This document shows positions 5,444 to 7,572 of a stretch of 7,572 bases of DNA, piece after piece. The number at the start of each line of letters is the position of its first letter. Position 1 is the stretch's first letter. The translations under genes were made by a program, and so were the position numbers. The stretch spans positions 1-7,572 of IMG/VR virus record IMGVR_UViG_3300015603_000089; one strand, given 5' to 3'. The notes under the pieces are model-generated. The model saw nothing but the letters and a program-made list of their open reading frames with translations, ran no database searches and was not told the origin of the DNA. Source of the stretch: a virus.

Positions 5444-5556
5444 CCTAATTTATTTATAGAACACTTTAGGAAATAGCTAACTTTGGCCTTTGTTTTTGGT
5501 CTTTGGTTTTTCCTGAATTGGTCGGTTTTCGGTATCTGGTTTCCTGAAATTGGAAA
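5444..5556. promoter_or_regulatory. AT/T-rich segment upstream of rep with direct repeats; candidate rep promoter and/or plus-strand origin
   Basis: cctaatttatttatagaacac lies at 5444-5464, directly 3' of the GC hairpin. The direct repeat TGGTTT(TT)CCTGAA(A)TTGG occurs at 5504-5521 and 5537-5553. TTTGG motifs recur at 5482-5510. The function is inferred from position only. Confidence 0.4.
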
Positions 5557-5557
5557 C

Positions 5558-5592
5558 AAAAAAAAACCCGGCGTCACCTGCAAGTGACCCGG
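5558..5592 (-). terminator. Intrinsic-terminator-like hairpin plus T9, oriented for minus-strand transcription, at the 5' edge of rep
   Basis: The minus strand reads ccgggtcac-ttgcag-gtgac(g)ccgg-g-ttttttttt. This is a 9-bp stem with one bulge, a 6-nt loop and nine T. On the + strand the same hairpin follows A9 and has no T-tail. Confidence 0.55.
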
Positions 5593-5622
5593 ATTCGTGA
5601 CCATAGAAAGATTGGATTTCGT

Positions 5623-6507
5623 ATGATGGAAAAGATTGTAAACGGATTGCGGTTTGAGGGTACTGTTTCCGAGAATTGTTGGGATGTGCGTACCTGGATA
5701 TGCAACGGTGTCATGGAACGTTCTGCACGTCGTGTCATAGAGTGGAATGAGTCCTCTCTTCTTGAGGGTGGCTACGTTGACATTCCGTATGAAATTGACC
5801 CTGTGCGCGATGCGGAATACCTCGTAGAACAGAAAGAAAAGGCGCTCCGTTCGTCTGCGCGTCGGGCTAAAACCATGTGTCGCCGGTTTATCATTTCTGA
5901 GGGGTTTGACGAAATGTTGACACTCACTTATCGCCAAAATCAGCCAGATCGGGAGCTCTGCAAAAAACACTTTTCGATCTGGTCAAAACGTATGAAGCGT
6001 GCCCTTGGTTCCTTCCGGTACTGTGCCTCTTTTGAGGTTCAGGAAAGGGGCTCCATGCATGTTCATTGCGCTACTCACAAGCTCCCCAAAATGGCAACAC
6101 ACAAGGGCGTGAGAATCAAGGCGTGGCAACTGGGGACAAAGATTTGGCGCGATATCGTCGGCGCTGATAACGGGCTCTGCTTCGTGGGTGCCGCTCCCTC
6201 TAAGTGGGGCAGTTCACGGCGTAAAAACATGACATTGGCAAAAATGGCCAATTACGTCTCGAAGTACATCCTCAAAGATTACGAAACGGCACCTGAAGAA
6301 AAGAACCGCTACAGCCGTTCAAACGGTCAACCGGGGGGTGAGGTGCACACGGCACGTTTAAACGGCACCTTGCCCGAAATAATCGCTGCCTGCTTCGAAG
6401 TAAATGATGGTGATGTCATCGTGTCTCACTTCGCCAGTCATTGGGGTGATTCGTGGTGGTTATGCACTGAAACGGCACCTCCTTTGATACCTGTCAAACC
6501 TTTTTAA
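5623..6507 (+). CDS. Rolling-circle replication initiator (HUH endonuclease, two-tyrosine superfamily; gII/CRI-type Rep)
   Basis: Motif 1 is MLTLTYRQ, the HUH motif is GSMHVHCATH, and motif 3 is MANYVSKYILKDY (YxxKY, as in phiX174 gpA-type Reps). The ORF track starts at GTG 5584, but that codon lies inside the hairpin at 5568-5592. I prefer the tandem ATGs at 5623/5626. The start is uncertain and the stop at 6507 is firm. Confidence 0.85.
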   Translation: MMEKIVNGLRFEGTVSENCWDVRTWICNGVMERSARRVIEWNESSLLEGGYVDIPYEIDPVRDAEYLVEQKEKALRSSARRAKTMCRRFIISEGFDEMLTLTYRQNQPDRELCKKHFSIWSKRMKRALGSFRYCASFEVQERGSMHVHCATHKLPKMATHKGVRIKAWQLGTKIWRDIVGADNGLCFVGAAPSKWGSSRRKNMTLAKMANYVSKYILKDYETAPEEKNRYSRSNGQPGGEVHTARLNGTLPEIIAACFEVNDGDVIVSHFASHWGDSWWLCTETAPPLIPVKPF

Positions 6508-6590
6508 TACTCCCGGTAGTAATCTGCTTTTCTCGGCTTTGGAGTCGTCACGTTTGGCTATCTTCCCGGTTTATAAAACAGGGGGTCAAT

Positions 6591-7184
6591 GTGATTTATG
6601 GGTATGCGCGTGTCTCAACCATGGAACAAAGCACAAAGCTGCAACTGGCGGCATTTGCAAAACATGGCATTGGCCATGTGCATCATGAAACCATGTCCGG
6701 CGTGAAAAAGCGTCCGGTCTTGGACAACTTGATTCAAAACGTCCTAAAACCCGGTGATGTGCTTTGTGTTTACAAGCTCGATCGGTTGGCACGGTCAATG
6801 TCTCACTTCGTGCGAATCTTTGAACAGTTGAAAGCTCGGCACGTTGGTTTTAAATCACTGACAGAATCAATTGAGACTGAAACCCCACAAGGGCGCATGT
6901 TTTTGCAGCTGTTGGGGGTCTTCGCTGAATTTGAGCGTGAGTTGATTCGTGAACGTTGCATGGCCGGTCAAAAGGCTGCACGTGCTCGGGGTCAGACTTG
7001 GGGGAGGGTGGCTCTCCTGTCACCGTGTGAAGCGGGTCAGGTGGCTGAAATGTGGCGCTCTGGCTGGTATGAACAGAAACAGCTTGCTGAAATGTTTGGA
7101 ATGTCCGAGTCGGCCTTGCGTGACTCCATTCATCGGCATGAAAAGCGGGGGCGGTGGGCCTCCAGTTCAATTCAAAAGGTCTGA
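6591..7184 (+). CDS. Small serine recombinase (resolvase/invertase family), probable integrase
   Basis: 197 aa with a GTG start preceded by gggggt (6581-6586). The N-terminus MIYGYARVSTMEQ carries the catalytic Ser. Further motifs are YKLDRLARS and GVFAEFERELIRERCMAGQKAARARG. The C-terminal HTH is QKQLAEMFGMSESALRDSI. This is the canonical resolvase N-terminal domain plus HTH layout. Confidence 0.92.
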   Translation: MIYGYARVSTMEQSTKLQLAAFAKHGIGHVHHETMSGVKKRPVLDNLIQNVLKPGDVLCVYKLDRLARSMSHFVRIFEQLKARHVGFKSLTESIETETPQGRMFLQLLGVFAEFERELIRERCMAGQKAARARGQTWGRVALLSPCEAGQVAEMWRSGWYEQKQLAEMFGMSESALRDSIHRHEKRGRWASSSIQKV

Positions 7185-7517
7185 GGCTCGCCGGTCATGC
7201 CTGAAAAAATCGCTCGTTCTGCGTCTTTGTTGGAAAAAACCCACAAGTTCACCTAGTGATAAGTAAAGAGACGTAACTCGGCTCAAAAGCTGTTTTTTAT
7301 GTGCACTTTCTGGTTCTGCTTCCATTGCTGCCAGTGCTATCCATTGCGTTGGGTTTTCACCTAAATTGATAGCAAAGTTTCCCGCTAGTGTCGGGCTAAG
7401 TCTTCCGATTCTTCTCGCATTGGTTATCGTGCTTGGCACTATGTTTAGCGTTCGTGCCCACTCGGAAATTGTCTTTATTTCCAGTGCTTTGTTCAGTAGT
7501 TCGATGCTGTGTGTCAT
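7167..7517 (-). CDS. Helix-turn-helix transcriptional regulator, probable immunity repressor
   Basis: This is the ORF-track 7167..7562 frame. I prefer the ATG at 7517-7515 because a strong SD AGGAGAA lies 6 nt upstream on the minus strand. The product is MTHSIELLNKALEIKTISEWARTLNIVPSTITNARRIGRLSPTLAGNFAINLG..., and the TISEWARTLNIVPSTITNARR segment fits an HTH. It is the only minus-strand gene and is divergent from the operator region. Its 3' end overlaps the recombinase 3' end by 18 nt. Confidence 0.75.
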   Translation of the reverse strand: MTHSIELLNKALEIKTISEWARTLNIVPSTITNARRIGRLSPTLAGNFAINLGENPTQWIALAAMEAEPESAHKKQLLSRVTSLYLSLGELVGFFQQRRRTSDFFRHDRRASDLLN

Positions 7518-7572
7518 GGTCTTTTCTCCTGTTGATTGATTATTTTTGCATAGAGTGTGCAAAAAGGGTTGC
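7474..7572. repeat. Terminal direct redundancy (copy 2), identical to 1-99
   Basis: Exact 99-nt identity with the window start. It includes the repressor start codon (7517-7515) and operator O1 (7546-7562). Confidence 0.95.

Noticed and set aside
4980-5622. XerCD dif-like site or tRNA-derived attP in the large non-coding region
   Set aside because: I could not find a dif-like 28-mer with the expected arms, or a tRNA T-arm/acceptor 3' end, by eye. Their absence is not proven without a proper search.
5395-5970. 191-aa minus-strand ORF spanning the rep 5' region and the AT-rich non-coding segment
   Set aside because: It overlaps the motif-bearing Rep frame and runs through the terminator-like hairpin and repeat region. 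It has no SD and its composition is not protein-like. It was judged spurious.
6511-6570. TCCCGGT repeated at 6511-6517 and 6564-6570 upstream of the recombinase gene, as possible recombinase or promoter sites
   Set aside because: The match is only 7 nt and the flanks diverge. The chance probability in this interval is not negligible, and there is no symmetric partner.

Overview
The window is a complete, circularly permuted genome of a temperate filamentous ssDNA phage (inovirus-like). Bases 1-99 repeat exactly at 7474-7572, so the unique circle is 7473 bp. All genes except one are on the + strand. The order is: three-operator switch region (45-172), small unknown ORF (173-478), gV-like ssDNA-binding protein (564-896), type IVa prepilin (924-1355), gVIII-like major coat (1437-1637), an unlisted 39-aa hydrophobic ORF (1638-1757), a C-terminally anchored protein (1754-2101), pIII-like adsorption protein (2138-3472), pVI-like protein (3478-3765), a 173-bp repeat-bearing spacer, and the pI/Zot assembly ATPase (3939-4979). 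A 643-bp non-coding region follows (4980-5622) with GC-rich hairpins, a (GTGTGA)n array, a (CGTAACAA)n array and an AT-rich segment. Then come an HUH rolling-circle Rep (5623-6507), a small serine recombinase (6591-7184) and a convergent minus-strand HTH repressor (7167-7517). No pIV secretin, tRNA, rRNA, CRISPR array or IS element is present. The most unusual items are the prepilin gene inside the virion operon, the paired micro/minisatellite arrays in the origin-type region, and the 61-bp-periodic repeats between pVI and pI. All functional calls rest on motifs read by eye. No database search was possible, so novelty is unverified.
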